IMG/VR virus record: IMGVR_UViG_3300026085_000003
Span: 1 to 43,831 of that record
Strand: one strand, 5' to 3'
Source of the DNA: a virus
Taxonomy: Duplodnaviria > Caudoviricetes
DNA length: 43,831 nucleotides
Positions 1 to 9,278 of this stretch are shown one piece after another. How positions within the stretch are numbered: the first letter of the stretch is position 1; the number at the start of each line of letters is the position of its first letter. Both the position numbers and the translations under genes were made by a program. Below the pieces are notes generated by a model. The model made no database searches. It was given only the letters and a program-made list of their open reading frames with translations, and was not told where the DNA came from.

Positions 1-407
1 ATTCAGAATTTAATACAATCGGTTTTGATATTGGAGAAAAAGGTAAAAAAGATGATTGGCATAAACTCCATATGGATAATGTTCAACAAATTTTAATGAA
101 GAATAATAAAATTATCTTTTTACAAGAACTGATTCACGCTTGGGGTGTTGAATACCAAGACGGTGGATACCAGACATTACATACACACGCTAATAATACA
201 ATCAATACAGTTTTATTTTTAGATAGTCAACCGGTTAGCGACCGTATGTCAACACTTAATGGTTTATTGTATACTGTTGATAATATGAAATACCAACAGT
301 TTGCACCCGAGCCTGGTAAGATTGTTATTTTTAGTTCGGATGTGTTTCACGGAGTATATCCAAGTAAAGCACCGAGAAGAAGTTTTATGGTAGATTATAG
401 AGTATGA
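1..407 (+). CDS. 2OG-Fe(II) oxygenase-superfamily protein (5'-truncated by window edge)
   Basis: The frame stays open from base 3 to the ORF-track ATG at 72. It has an HxH motif (YQTLHTH), then VLFLD, GKIVIFSS..FHGVYP and RRSF, the layout of small phage 2OG-Fe(II) oxygenases. The stop overlaps the next ATG (ATGA, 404-407). Confidence 0.7.
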   Translation, partial: SEFNTIGFDIGEKGKKDDWHKLHMDNVQQILMKNNKIIFLQELIHAWGVEYQDGGYQTLHTHANNTINTVLFLDSQPVSDRMSTLNGLLYTVDNMKYQQFAPEPGKIVIFSSDVFHGVYPSKAPRRSFMVDYRV

Positions 408-1225
408 GAATTTTAGTAACAGGTTATAAAGGTTTTATAGGACAAAATTTAGTAAACCACCTAATTAAAAAAGGTCACACTGTTGAAGGTTATGATTTTA
501 TTCAGTCAGTATTACCCGACCCAAGCGATTTTGATACGGTAATACACTTAGGAGCCATTTCAAGCACCACTGAAACAGACGTAGAAAAAATACTAGATCA
601 AAATTATGAATTTAGTATGCGTATGTTAACAATGTGCGATCATAAAGGTGTTAACTTTCAATATTCATCAAGTGCAAGTGTTTATGGTCCAGGTAATGAC
701 TTCAGTGAAAATGCAAAATGCTTACCGAAGTCACCTTATGCTTGGTCAAAATACCTATTTGATAGATTTGTAACACTTGCAGGTCCAAAAAATTTCAATT
801 GTTTGGTACAAGGGTTTAGATATTTCAATGTATACGGTGATTTTGAAGAACATAAAGGTGATCAAGCAAGTCCAGTTAGTAAATTTAGCAAACAAGCAAA
901 AGAAAATAAAGAAATTACACTATTTGAAAACAGCGATCAGTACAAAAGAGACTTTATATGGGTTGGCGATGTGTGTGATGTTCACGAAAAGTTTTTAACC
1001 ATAGATCAAAGTGGTATTTTTAACGTTGGTACTGGTACTACTACCAGTTTTCAAGAGGTAGGTGAACTTGTTGCTGAAAAATACGGTGCAAAAATCAAGT
1101 ATATACCAATGCCTACCAATTTGAAAGGACAATATCAGGAATACACCTGTGCAGACTTGACACAATTAAATAAATTTGTTAATATAAATTACAAAACAGT
1201 AAAAGAGTACTTACAAAATGGCTAG
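404..1225 (+). CDS. hldD: ADP-L-glycero-D-manno-heptose 6-epimerase (extended SDR family)
   Basis: ILVTGYKGFIG (TGxxGFIG), HLGAISSTTE, YSSSASVYG, YAWSK (YxxxK), GFRYFNVYG..E.HKG.QAS, RDFI.V.DV, GIFNVGTG and YQEYT.ADL match RfaD/GmhD/HldD signature blocks. Confidence 0.9.
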   Translation: MRILVTGYKGFIGQNLVNHLIKKGHTVEGYDFIQSVLPDPSDFDTVIHLGAISSTTETDVEKILDQNYEFSMRMLTMCDHKGVNFQYSSSASVYGPGNDFSENAKCLPKSPYAWSKYLFDRFVTLAGPKNFNCLVQGFRYFNVYGDFEEHKGDQASPVSKFSKQAKENKEITLFENSDQYKRDFIWVGDVCDVHEKFLTIDQSGIFNVGTGTTTSFQEVGELVAEKYGAKIKYIPMPTNLKGQYQEYTCADLTQLNKFVNINYKTVKEYLQNG

Positions 1226-1643
1226 ACACAGTGGAAAAGTTGAAAAAGGTTGGGGATACGAATTAATTTGGGCAACCAACGACAAGTATGCTGGTAAAAT
1301 TCTTGTTTTTACCAAAAAAGGCAATAAATTTTCAATGCATTTTCATAAAGAGAAGGACGAAACTTGGTTTATTAACAGTGGTAAGTTTCTTTTGCGTTGG
1401 ATTGACACCAAAGAAGCAAAATTATACCAACAAGAACTCAAAGAAGGTGATGTTTGGCACAATCCGCCACTACAACCACATCAACTTGAAGCACTTGAAG
1501 ACAACAGTTCATTAACTGAAGTAAGTACAGCAGATTCTGTGGAAGATAATTTTAGAATTGTTCCTGGTGATTCACAAAAACCTATTGTAACCCCAGAAAA
1601 ACTAGGCAGTTCTATGCCTGCGCCTCACCCCAACGAAGAATAA
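1218..1643 (+). CDS. Cupin-domain protein (sugar isomerase/mannose-6-P isomerase-like)
   Basis: VEKGWGYELIW, SMHFHKEKDETW and PPLQPHQLEALED..LTEVST form the two cupin metal motifs. Overlaps hldD by 8 nt. Confidence 0.8.
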   Translation: MARHSGKVEKGWGYELIWATNDKYAGKILVFTKKGNKFSMHFHKEKDETWFINSGKFLLRWIDTKEAKLYQQELKEGDVWHNPPLQPHQLEALEDNSSLTEVSTADSVEDNFRIVPGDSQKPIVTPEKLGSSMPAPHPNEE

Positions 1644-4600
1644 TATTAGCGTTAACATCATTACCTGATGTCTTATACACGTTAATTGCTAACACGTCCG
1701 GACCGTTCGGGAACGTACCTCTACCACCCAGTGTGGTGTTGGTTAATTCTTTAATAAATGATAGATCCAGCGTAGATCTTTCTCCCGGGTTTGCAATAAA
1801 CGAGAAGATAGTTTCGCCTGGTTGAGCAAACGGTGGTTGTCCAAATTGGAACGTAACCGTTGAACTTGCATTAATTGTTACCAAGGAGTTCTGAGAGAAT
1901 CTAACCAAGTAATATTGACTGGATCCAAAGTTTAATGGACCTTGAACTTGTGATACCGCAGTACCCGGTGGAAACTGTCCAGAAGCATTATCAAGTTCTG
2001 TACCTGCTGTGGCACCTAATGCCTCCCAAGAAGTTGTATCAAAATACAAGTAGTTTGTGTTAGATAATGAACCACCTAGTGCAAACGTATGTGTTTGATT
2101 TGATCCTATGTTTTGAGTTGATGTTTGTGATAATCTAACCAAGTAATAATCGCCGTAATCTGTTAATTGTGTTACATAAGTACCACCAGGCCATTTAGAA
2201 TCCGATAATACACTACCTTGTGTTATGTAAGATGATTCAACCGAAGCCTCTGTTGCATAAAAATAGTTTCTTCTGCCGCCCCACATCCAAGGTGTGGTTG
2301 TTACAGTTGCATTCATTACAGCAGACGTTGTTGCTGTTGCTGTTGTAATCGATGTACCTGAGTTCCAGTCTACCGAACCGCCCGGTGCCACCTGTGCAAA
2401 ACTTGGTTGGCCCCCTTGTGCTAGTCCTGATAATCCACCCCAACCTACGTTATTTGGGTTAAGTGGATAGTTTTGTGGATTCAAAATACCTTGAACAACG
2501 ATACCACCTGTATCATTAGCATTTTGATCCGAAGTAATCTCAAGACCTTCTAGTAGCAACTGTGCTCTGTTTAATAATTCTCTTTCACCTAGGTCACCAA
2601 CAATAGCGTTGGATACTGACGGTGCTAGTCTTAATAGGAACACCGTGTTTTTAGTTGTTGAAATTGTGTTACCAGTTGAAGCGTAACTAAACAAATAACC
2701 ACGATCAGAGTCGAAACCACCATCTGTAATAAACGCAGAACCCCAGTGACTAATAATCGGCGTTGTTGTATTACTAATAAGCACAACACCTTTCTTGGCT
2801 GAGTGTACTACTGGCGGACTTGCTGTGTAAGTTCTTGTTGCACCAGCATTAAAATTAATTAAACTAGCGGACCTTGTACAACCTGTTAAGGTATTTCCTG
2901 ACTTACCTGTATAGGTTACAATTTCATTTTCAATATACAATGTACCCGCATCTGGAAAATCGGTTGCATCTTCCAACACAACTGTTTGCTGTGATAAATC
3001 CATCGCTTCCTTAAGTTTACCGTTGGCACTTTCGTTTGTAATTTCATAACGAACCGGCATATTACCAGTTCTCATAAACGCTTCTGTGTTTACGTTTGAG
3101 TTTCTAATTCTGTGGAAGAACACAAAGTTACCATCGGAACCTCTAAGCATATAATCAATAAATCCAGCACCATACCAACTGTACTGAATACCAATCATCT
3201 GCATTTTAGATATGTCCATATCATAACCACTTGGTCCTGTTCCATCTAACTTATCTAAATTAAAATCACTTTGTTTGGTTTTTTTGTCAATAACCTTGGC
3301 TAGTTTTGCACCAGCAATAGGTCTAACACCTCTAAAGTCTGGTGATACATCCATTGATGTTTGACTTGTTATTCTAGTTACAACGTGTGTCATACCTCTA
3401 ATAACAACTCTGTCACCGACCGCTAATTGATCTTCAAATCTTGTGTTTGTTCCTGTAACAGAGTTACTGTCAGGTTGCATAGCAATGGTACCAGTTAACT
3501 GGAATGTAGCACTACGTAGCACTGCCATAAAATCTCTACCGTTGTATTCCATAAAGATACCGTTTTGATCATCGTATGCACCTGCTCTAACAGTTGCACC
3601 GTGCCAGTTTAATGTTGATACTAACGGGTTTGCTGATAAGGTTGGTGTTGTATTGCCTAGATAATATTTGGATCTAACAGTAAATGTTCTTTCATCAACA
3701 ATAGTGTCAACAGTATAATCACCGTTATAACCTGGTGTAGTAATTCCTAGTAATCTAATTACACCGCCAACCTGTAAACCGTGATCAACGTCATCAGTAA
3801 CAACGGTAATAACACTGTTATACCCTGTGCCATTAGCGGTAACATTTAAAATATCATAACTTGGGGCAAATAGAGCACCAGTGGTATACATAATACCTTT
3901 ACCTGATTGATAACGAATATATTTTTTACTTTGTCTAATCGCCTGTGCACCGTGTTGCGGTCCACCTGTACCCAACTGCACACCACCATCAAATGGTCTG
4001 TGAATAAAGAATGAGTCCGGTCTTGGATAAATTGTACCTAACAGTGTTTCTGTTGTATCAATTGTACCTACCGCTCTTGCTTGATATGAAATACTATCTA
4101 ATGAACTAATAGCAGTAACAATAAACGAACCTGCCGCTAGGGTGTGATTAGTTCCTGTTGATTGAATTGTTGAAATAAATGTTGTTCCTGGAACCATACC
4201 GTGTGCTGAAGGAAAATTAACAGTAATAGTTGCTAATGCTTCATAGTCAATTGTTTCTCCTGCAGGAATTGGTTGTGTTGTGTTTTCTGACATAGTAACA
4301 GTTGAGTAGAAAGTAATTGTATCACCAGTTGCGGCTAAACCTTGATCAATTTGGAAAGTATTAATACCACCTAAACTGTCAACAGTGTTAATTCGTAATT
4401 CTAAATCATTGAGAGGTGTCTCACCACCTAAATCGGTACCACTGATAATAATTCTGTCACCGTTTCTATAATTGTTACCTTCTGTGTTAACAGCAACAGT
4501 GTAAATTTGACTGTTTCTTGTAATTTCAAATGATCCACCGGAACCAATTGGAGCATTATTATTGCCTGAAACTCCAACAAATGTTCCAAATCCTGTGTAT

Positions 4601-7600
4601 GCCGAACCCGCAATACTTAATGTTAAGATACCACCTTGTGCATCAACGCTGTTAACTGTAACCGTTGCATCGTTTGTTGGTGTTGCACCACCTAATTGAT
4701 CACCACCAATGGTAATGGTGTCATTCTGTGCATAATTTTGTCCACTATCAGCACCGCTGTTTGAAATTACAACAGAATAAGTTCCTGCGGATGCAGTAAC
4801 ATCAAATAATGCACCGCTACCTACAAGATTTGTCATACCTTGTCCGTAACTTAAATCTTCATAGTTTTGTACGTTAGCACCTGTACCAACATCAGAATAT
4901 GTTAAAATTTGACCGTTACCGTCAACTGTGTTTACCGTAATTGTAACGTCGTTTGCAGGACTTGTACCATCTAGTTGATCACCCGGAATAATAATTATAT
5001 CACTTGCTGAATAACCAGTACCACCACTAGCCATTGTTACAGTATAAACCGTTCCTGTTTTTTGTACGTCAAAACTTGCTAGTGTACCGCCACCGGTATA
5101 TGTATATGTAAATCCTGTATATGTAAAGTTAGCATCTGTGGCTGTACCAGAAGCACTAACACTTGTAATTTCTCCACTTGCACCAACTGTTGATACTTGA
5201 ACTAAACAGTCGTTTGTTGGTGTTGAACCACCTAGTAGTGTTCCTGGAATGTTAATTCTATCACCTGCTTCATAACCTTGTGATGTATCCGGTGAACTAA
5301 CACTAACAGTATAAACACCTGCTGATTTATTAACATCAAACACAGCATCAATACCCACACCACCGTCTGTTACACCTCCTCTAGAAGTATAACTGAAGTT
5401 ACCGTTACTTGCAGTACCTGTGAAACTTACACTATCAATATCACCTGCTGAAGATAAAAGTGTATCAACTTTAATATCTAAATCGTTTGTTGTATTTTCG
5501 CCGCCGATTAAATTACCTGGAACTTTAATATAGTCACCTACTTTATATCCAGAACCTGGACTATTAACAGCAACAGTATATGTACCGTTTGAGTTTGTCA
5601 CATCAAATGTTGCACTGGTACCATTTGGTTGTTCATTTGTTCCTTCAACAGCAAAATAGGTAACCCCGTCACCTGATAATTCTTGTCCAGTATTACCATC
5701 AAGATTAATTGTATTTCCTAAAACACTTGCAACATACAAAGTCTGTGCATCACCAATGTCCACAGCCATACCTTGTAACACTCCGGTAGCATCATCTACT
5801 GTAATTGAAGAAGAGCCTGTTGGAATATCGCTTGTAATATCTTTTGTTATTTCAGGATTACCACCGTTACCAACAACACCCGTTACCTGTGCACCAGTTG
5901 GAATAAAACTTGGATTTGCTGTGTACGTTAATGGAGCACCTAGTTCTGGTCTAATACCTGTAAATGGTAATCTAGATTGTCCACTTGCTACCGGTAATGG
6001 TAAAGTAAACGATCCGTTTGAACCATTTGATGAAACTGTAAATGTAGGTGCTTCAGAAATGTTAGCACCTGTGTAAAAACCACCTTGACGTAACTGTGTA
6101 TAGTTTGTTGATAATACTTGCCCATTTGTACTACCAACCTTTGCTTTTGCATAAAAAGTAAATTGATTGTCTGCTGGAATTGTTGTAATGACAAACGAAC
6201 CTTCTGCTCTGTTAAATCCTTTAATACTATTTTCAAGTGCCTTAATTGTAATAGGATCACCTTCAACAAATCCGTGATTACCTTGGGTAGTTACTGTAAT
6301 TAAACTTTGACCAACACCGTTTGTACCGGCTGACGCATCTGTAACAACACTAACAACTTCTGTATCAGTACCTGGTACTTCGTAAATCGAAGGATATCCT
6401 CTTAATGTTCCAATCGCCTGCCATTTGGTAGGTTGTAGACCGTACTCAAAGTCAGCATCAAGCATTGATAGTGGTGCACCAACCCTATTTCTTTCAATAG
6501 CGTCAGTACCAAAATCAAATGGTCTTGTTCTTATCTCTTTTTCTTCTTTAAAAATTTGTAAGGCGTCTGTTGCTCTTTGATCTGTTGTATCGTGATACAA
6601 CTTAATGGTTGTTACGTAATCACCGTTTTGTAAAAATGTTGGAAAATCTGTATCTTCATTTGAATTTAAATATGTTTGTTGAAAATTTCTAGAAGAAGTA
6701 TCAACTTTTTTGAATTCAACTTCAGCAACTTTACTAGCATCATTGAAATTAAAAATTTGTAGACCTCTAGTAACGTTTGTAATTAAAAGTAAATCTTCTA
6801 CCCTTACTCTTTCAGCAACTTTAATTTTACCATAACTGTTTTCAACAGTTGCCGGAAGTGCTGATAATCCATTAGTAATTGTATCAACAACAATATCAAA
6901 TAATCCTTCTACAATTTTAATTGCACTAGATTGAATTGCGTCTGTTGTTGCACTAACAAAAGTATGAGGTGACGTATCTGATGAAATACCTACATTGGTT
7001 GTTACCGTTGTAGAAGTAACAGCAGTGATTGTCATATTTTTGTTAAAATATGGATCGTGTCCTGTTGCATTAGGCACGCCTGATGATCTTGGATAAGGGT
7101 GCAAAGAAGCATTATTGTCTTTACCACAGGTAAAAGTTAAACCGGATTCAGCAACCCTAAATGTGTCACCAACTGCAAAATTGTGGCTACCAATAGTTAA
7201 TGTCATTACACCTGTTGCTGGATTATAAGTTGCATCACTTGGAGTATAACTTACTGCTTCTGGTGTAATAGTTTGATCAACAACCTGAGGAATAGCAGTT
7301 TGTGCCGGTTGTGCTTGTACTTGATTTAGTAAAATATAATTTGTATAAAGGGTTTTTAGGAATCCGTGTGTTAAAATTTCAGGCATTCTGTCGCCGTCGA
7401 CCTGAGGTGTTTCTCCGTCCCAATAATGATTAGCAACATAAATTGTTTCTTCGTTACCACCGTATCTTACATCATTAGCAACAGCATCAACAACATACCC
7501 AATATCACGCTGACATTTAGCAACATCGTATGTATATCCGTTCCAACTACCTTGACCTAGTTGTACTTGATCAGCAATCCAAGCCATTGCTTCTGCAATA

Positions 7601-7707
7601 ATAAAAGATCTGTTTGCGTTTAATAATGTCCACGCATTAGGGTACAGATTTCCCAGGTACGACATACCTGGTTTAAACACATATTGATCAATCTTTTTCT
7701 TTGCCAT
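1612..7707 (-). CDS. Very large virion structural protein (tail fibre/baseplate-associated), 2031 aa
   Basis: Rich in G/T/S/V with a beta-structure composition. Has an N-terminal helical module (YDVAKCQRDIGYVVDA..D.RYGGN) shared with the 2264-aa protein, five internal repeats and a lectin-like block (RQSKKYIRYQSGKG..IQYSWYGAG). Preceded by a late promoter and SD. Confidence 0.75.
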   Translation of the reverse strand: MAKKKIDQYVFKPGMSYLGNLYPNAWTLLNANRSFIIAEAMAWIADQVQLGQGSWNGYTYDVAKCQRDIGYVVDAVANDVRYGGNEETIYVANHYWDGETPQVDGDRMPEILTHGFLKTLYTNYILLNQVQAQPAQTAIPQVVDQTITPEAVSYTPSDATYNPATGVMTLTIGSHNFAVGDTFRVAESGLTFTCGKDNNASLHPYPRSSGVPNATGHDPYFNKNMTITAVTSTTVTTNVGISSDTSPHTFVSATTDAIQSSAIKIVEGLFDIVVDTITNGLSALPATVENSYGKIKVAERVRVEDLLLITNVTRGLQIFNFNDASKVAEVEFKKVDTSSRNFQQTYLNSNEDTDFPTFLQNGDYVTTIKLYHDTTDQRATDALQIFKEEKEIRTRPFDFGTDAIERNRVGAPLSMLDADFEYGLQPTKWQAIGTLRGYPSIYEVPGTDTEVVSVVTDASAGTNGVGQSLITVTTQGNHGFVEGDPITIKALENSIKGFNRAEGSFVITTIPADNQFTFYAKAKVGSTNGQVLSTNYTQLRQGGFYTGANISEAPTFTVSSNGSNGSFTLPLPVASGQSRLPFTGIRPELGAPLTYTANPSFIPTGAQVTGVVGNGGNPEITKDITSDIPTGSSSITVDDATGVLQGMAVDIGDAQTLYVASVLGNTINLDGNTGQELSGDGVTYFAVEGTNEQPNGTSATFDVTNSNGTYTVAVNSPGSGYKVGDYIKVPGNLIGGENTTNDLDIKVDTLLSSAGDIDSVSFTGTASNGNFSYTSRGGVTDGGVGIDAVFDVNKSAGVYTVSVSSPDTSQGYEAGDRINIPGTLLGGSTPTNDCLVQVSTVGASGEITSVSASGTATDANFTYTGFTYTYTGGGTLASFDVQKTGTVYTVTMASGGTGYSASDIIIIPGDQLDGTSPANDVTITVNTVDGNGQILTYSDVGTGANVQNYEDLSYGQGMTNLVGSGALFDVTASAGTYSVVISNSGADSGQNYAQNDTITIGGDQLGGATPTNDATVTVNSVDAQGGILTLSIAGSAYTGFGTFVGVSGNNNAPIGSGGSFEITRNSQIYTVAVNTEGNNYRNGDRIIISGTDLGGETPLNDLELRINTVDSLGGINTFQIDQGLAATGDTITFYSTVTMSENTTQPIPAGETIDYEALATITVNFPSAHGMVPGTTFISTIQSTGTNHTLAAGSFIVTAISSLDSISYQARAVGTIDTTETLLGTIYPRPDSFFIHRPFDGGVQLGTGGPQHGAQAIRQSKKYIRYQSGKGIMYTTGALFAPSYDILNVTANGTGYNSVITVVTDDVDHGLQVGGVIRLLGITTPGYNGDYTVDTIVDERTFTVRSKYYLGNTTPTLSANPLVSTLNWHGATVRAGAYDDQNGIFMEYNGRDFMAVLRSATFQLTGTIAMQPDSNSVTGTNTRFEDQLAVGDRVVIRGMTHVVTRITSQTSMDVSPDFRGVRPIAGAKLAKVIDKKTKQSDFNLDKLDGTGPSGYDMDISKMQMIGIQYSWYGAGFIDYMLRGSDGNFVFFHRIRNSNVNTEAFMRTGNMPVRYEITNESANGKLKEAMDLSQQTVVLEDATDFPDAGTLYIENEIVTYTGKSGNTLTGCTRSASLINFNAGATRTYTASPPVVHSAKKGVVLISNTTTPIISHWGSAFITDGGFDSDRGYLFSYASTGNTISTTKNTVFLLRLAPSVSNAIVGDLGERELLNRAQLLLEGLEITSDQNANDTGGIVVQGILNPQNYPLNPNNVGWGGLSGLAQGGQPSFAQVAPGGSVDWNSGTSITTATATTSAVMNATVTTTPWMWGGRRNYFYATEASVESSYITQGSVLSDSKWPGGTYVTQLTDYGDYYLVRLSQTSTQNIGSNQTHTFALGGSLSNTNYLYFDTTSWEALGATAGTELDNASGQFPPGTAVSQVQGPLNFGSSQYYLVRFSQNSLVTINASSTVTFQFGQPPFAQPGETIFSFIANPGERSTLDLSFIKELTNTTLGGRGTFPNGPDVLAINVYKTSGNDVNANIILRWGEAQA
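4340..5625 (-). repeat. Five tandem ~75-80 aa repeats in the 2031-aa protein
   Basis: Recurrent G..A.F(D/E)V....G.YTV.V...G.GY..GD.I.I.G..(L/I)GG.TP.ND....V.TVD..G.I units, visible at protein level. Boundaries are approximate. Confidence 0.8.
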
Positions 7708-7735
7708 TCTGTTCCAAATTCCTTACTGTTTACTA

Positions 7736-7741
7736 TATTTA
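7736..7741 (-). promoter_or_regulatory. Late promoter box TAAATA upstream of the 2031-aa gene
   Basis: ggTAAATAtagt..AAGGA..ATG; the same hexamer recurs upstream of most structural genes and is the core of the T4 gp55 late promoter TATAAATA. Confidence 0.7.
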
Positions 7742-7774
7742 CCAATACTATTATATAAGCGACACAAAACCGTT

Positions 7775-8821
7775 TTACACCCCAAACGCAATACTATATG
7801 CCAGGGCATCGTTGTTAATAGCCTTGTTGATTTCTGTATCAACATAGTCTTTTCGTGTAGCGTGAGCGTTGTTTGTTGGGTTATTATTTACAGTTGCGGT
7901 TGTAAATGTTCCAGCAACTGGTGTTGTTGCTCCAATAACAGTATTATCAATATTTGAATTAACAATATTTGCTGAAATACCTGTTGCAGATATTGTTAAT
8001 TTATTGTTTCCATCAACAGCAAATCTTAGTTGGCTTCCTGTTGTACTATCATCTGCTCCTACCTCAAAATCAATGCTTTCAACATATGAAATTAATGGTG
8101 TATCTACTTTTGTTGTAGCAGTTAGTGTTGGTCCTTTGATAGTTCCGCCAACATTTAAATTTTTAGCAATACCTACACCACCTAGTGCTAATGTTCCACC
8201 TGTGGAAGGTGTTGTACTTTGTGTTGTATTTTCTAATGTTAAAATACCAGAAACGTTTGCGTTAGCATTTACATCTAAATCGTCTCTAAGTTCTGATGCA
8301 CCTGTTACTAATAAAGTTGTAAAAACACCTTCACCTGTAATAGTTGGTTCTGTTAATGTAATATCACCTCTAATTGAACCGGTAATATTTGAATAATAAA
8401 CACCTGCGGCAGTATTTGAAGGAACAGTCCATTCCATTATTCCGTCTGCTCTGTTATGTGCGTCGGTACCTGTGTATACGGTTCCTGCTCTATCTGTAAA
8501 CTTTATACCTGTGCTGATATCAACACCTAGAGCGGTTCTAATGCTCCAAGTAAATGCTCCTGTTAACGAAATATCAAACTTATATGTTTTTGTTTTTTGT
8601 AAGGTAATTGTAGGATTTTGTCCGTTGCTGTCGATTTCAAACGTGCCACCTGAGTCAGTTACCGTAAATGTTTGTATTTCTTCTGTTCCAGAATCACCTG
8701 CAATAGGTACTACACTGGTAATAGATTTTACTGAAATGTTACCTTCAGTATCCACACTAAATCCTGGCGAATCAAAGCCATACTTACTGTGAAAAGGGTT
8801 AGTTGTTATAATAGCCGCCAT
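7775..8821 (-). CDS. Tail-fibre-like virion protein, 348 aa
   Basis: Contains a QNPTITLQKTKTYKFD..YYS module, GGVGIAKNLNVGG triple-beta-helix-type repeats, HATRKDYVD and a C-terminal hydrophobic helix (ALAYSIAFGV). Confidence 0.65.
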   Translation of the reverse strand: MAAIITTNPFHSKYGFDSPGFSVDTEGNISVKSITSVVPIAGDSGTEEIQTFTVTDSGGTFEIDSNGQNPTITLQKTKTYKFDISLTGAFTWSIRTALGVDISTGIKFTDRAGTVYTGTDAHNRADGIMEWTVPSNTAAGVYYSNITGSIRGDITLTEPTITGEGVFTTLLVTGASELRDDLDVNANANVSGILTLENTTQSTTPSTGGTLALGGVGIAKNLNVGGTIKGPTLTATTKVDTPLISYVESIDFEVGADDSTTGSQLRFAVDGNNKLTISATGISANIVNSNIDNTVIGATTPVAGTFTTATVNNNPTNNAHATRKDYVDTEINKAINNDALAYSIAFGV

Positions 8822-8843
8822 TTGCCAAATACTCCGTTAGTAA

Positions 8844-8849
8844 TATTTA
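8844..8849 (-). promoter_or_regulatory. Late promoter box TAAATA, embedded in an RBS-occluding hairpin (8823-8852)
   Basis: gcTAAATAttactaacGGAGtatttggcaaATG. Confidence 0.7.
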
Positions 8850-8857
8850 GCACATCT

Positions 8858-9274
8858 TTACCCTCGTATAGGATTGATACTTTGGAAATATGTGGCTTGA
8901 AAATATACTTTTGTACCTGTTAGTGCTGTACTATCATCCGCAGACGGTGTTACATTAATATCTACATATGAATTGTTAACTGTTGCTGACAAAGTTACTA
9001 AACTTTGCCCTAGATCTGCCTTACCAAAAATGGTTAGATCTGCCTTTGATGGTCCTGCAACAACAATACATTTAATAAATTCTCTATTATTAGGATCATA
9101 GTCTGCAACTATAGAATATTCCACAGACATAAAACTACCAATAAACCATCTATCTAGTCTGGTAGTAGTTCCACCAATTAGATAAACCCACGGCCCAGCG
9201 TATGAAAACTGAGCACCGTTCTTCATTAATACGGTATTGTTGAGTCCTCGGTCAAAGTAATTTTGTATCTGCAT
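8858..9274 (-). CDS. Hypothetical virion-associated protein, 138 aa
   Basis: Beta-rich composition, located in the structural cluster, with its own TAAATA box 5 nt upstream of the ATG. Confidence 0.6.
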   Translation of the reverse strand: MQIQNYFDRGLNNTVLMKNGAQFSYAGPWVYLIGGTTTRLDRWFIGSFMSVEYSIVADYDPNNREFIKCIVVAGPSKADLTIFGKADLGQSLVTLSATVNNSYVDINVTPSADDSTALTGTKVYFQATYFQSINPIRG

Positions 9275-9278
9275 ACTA

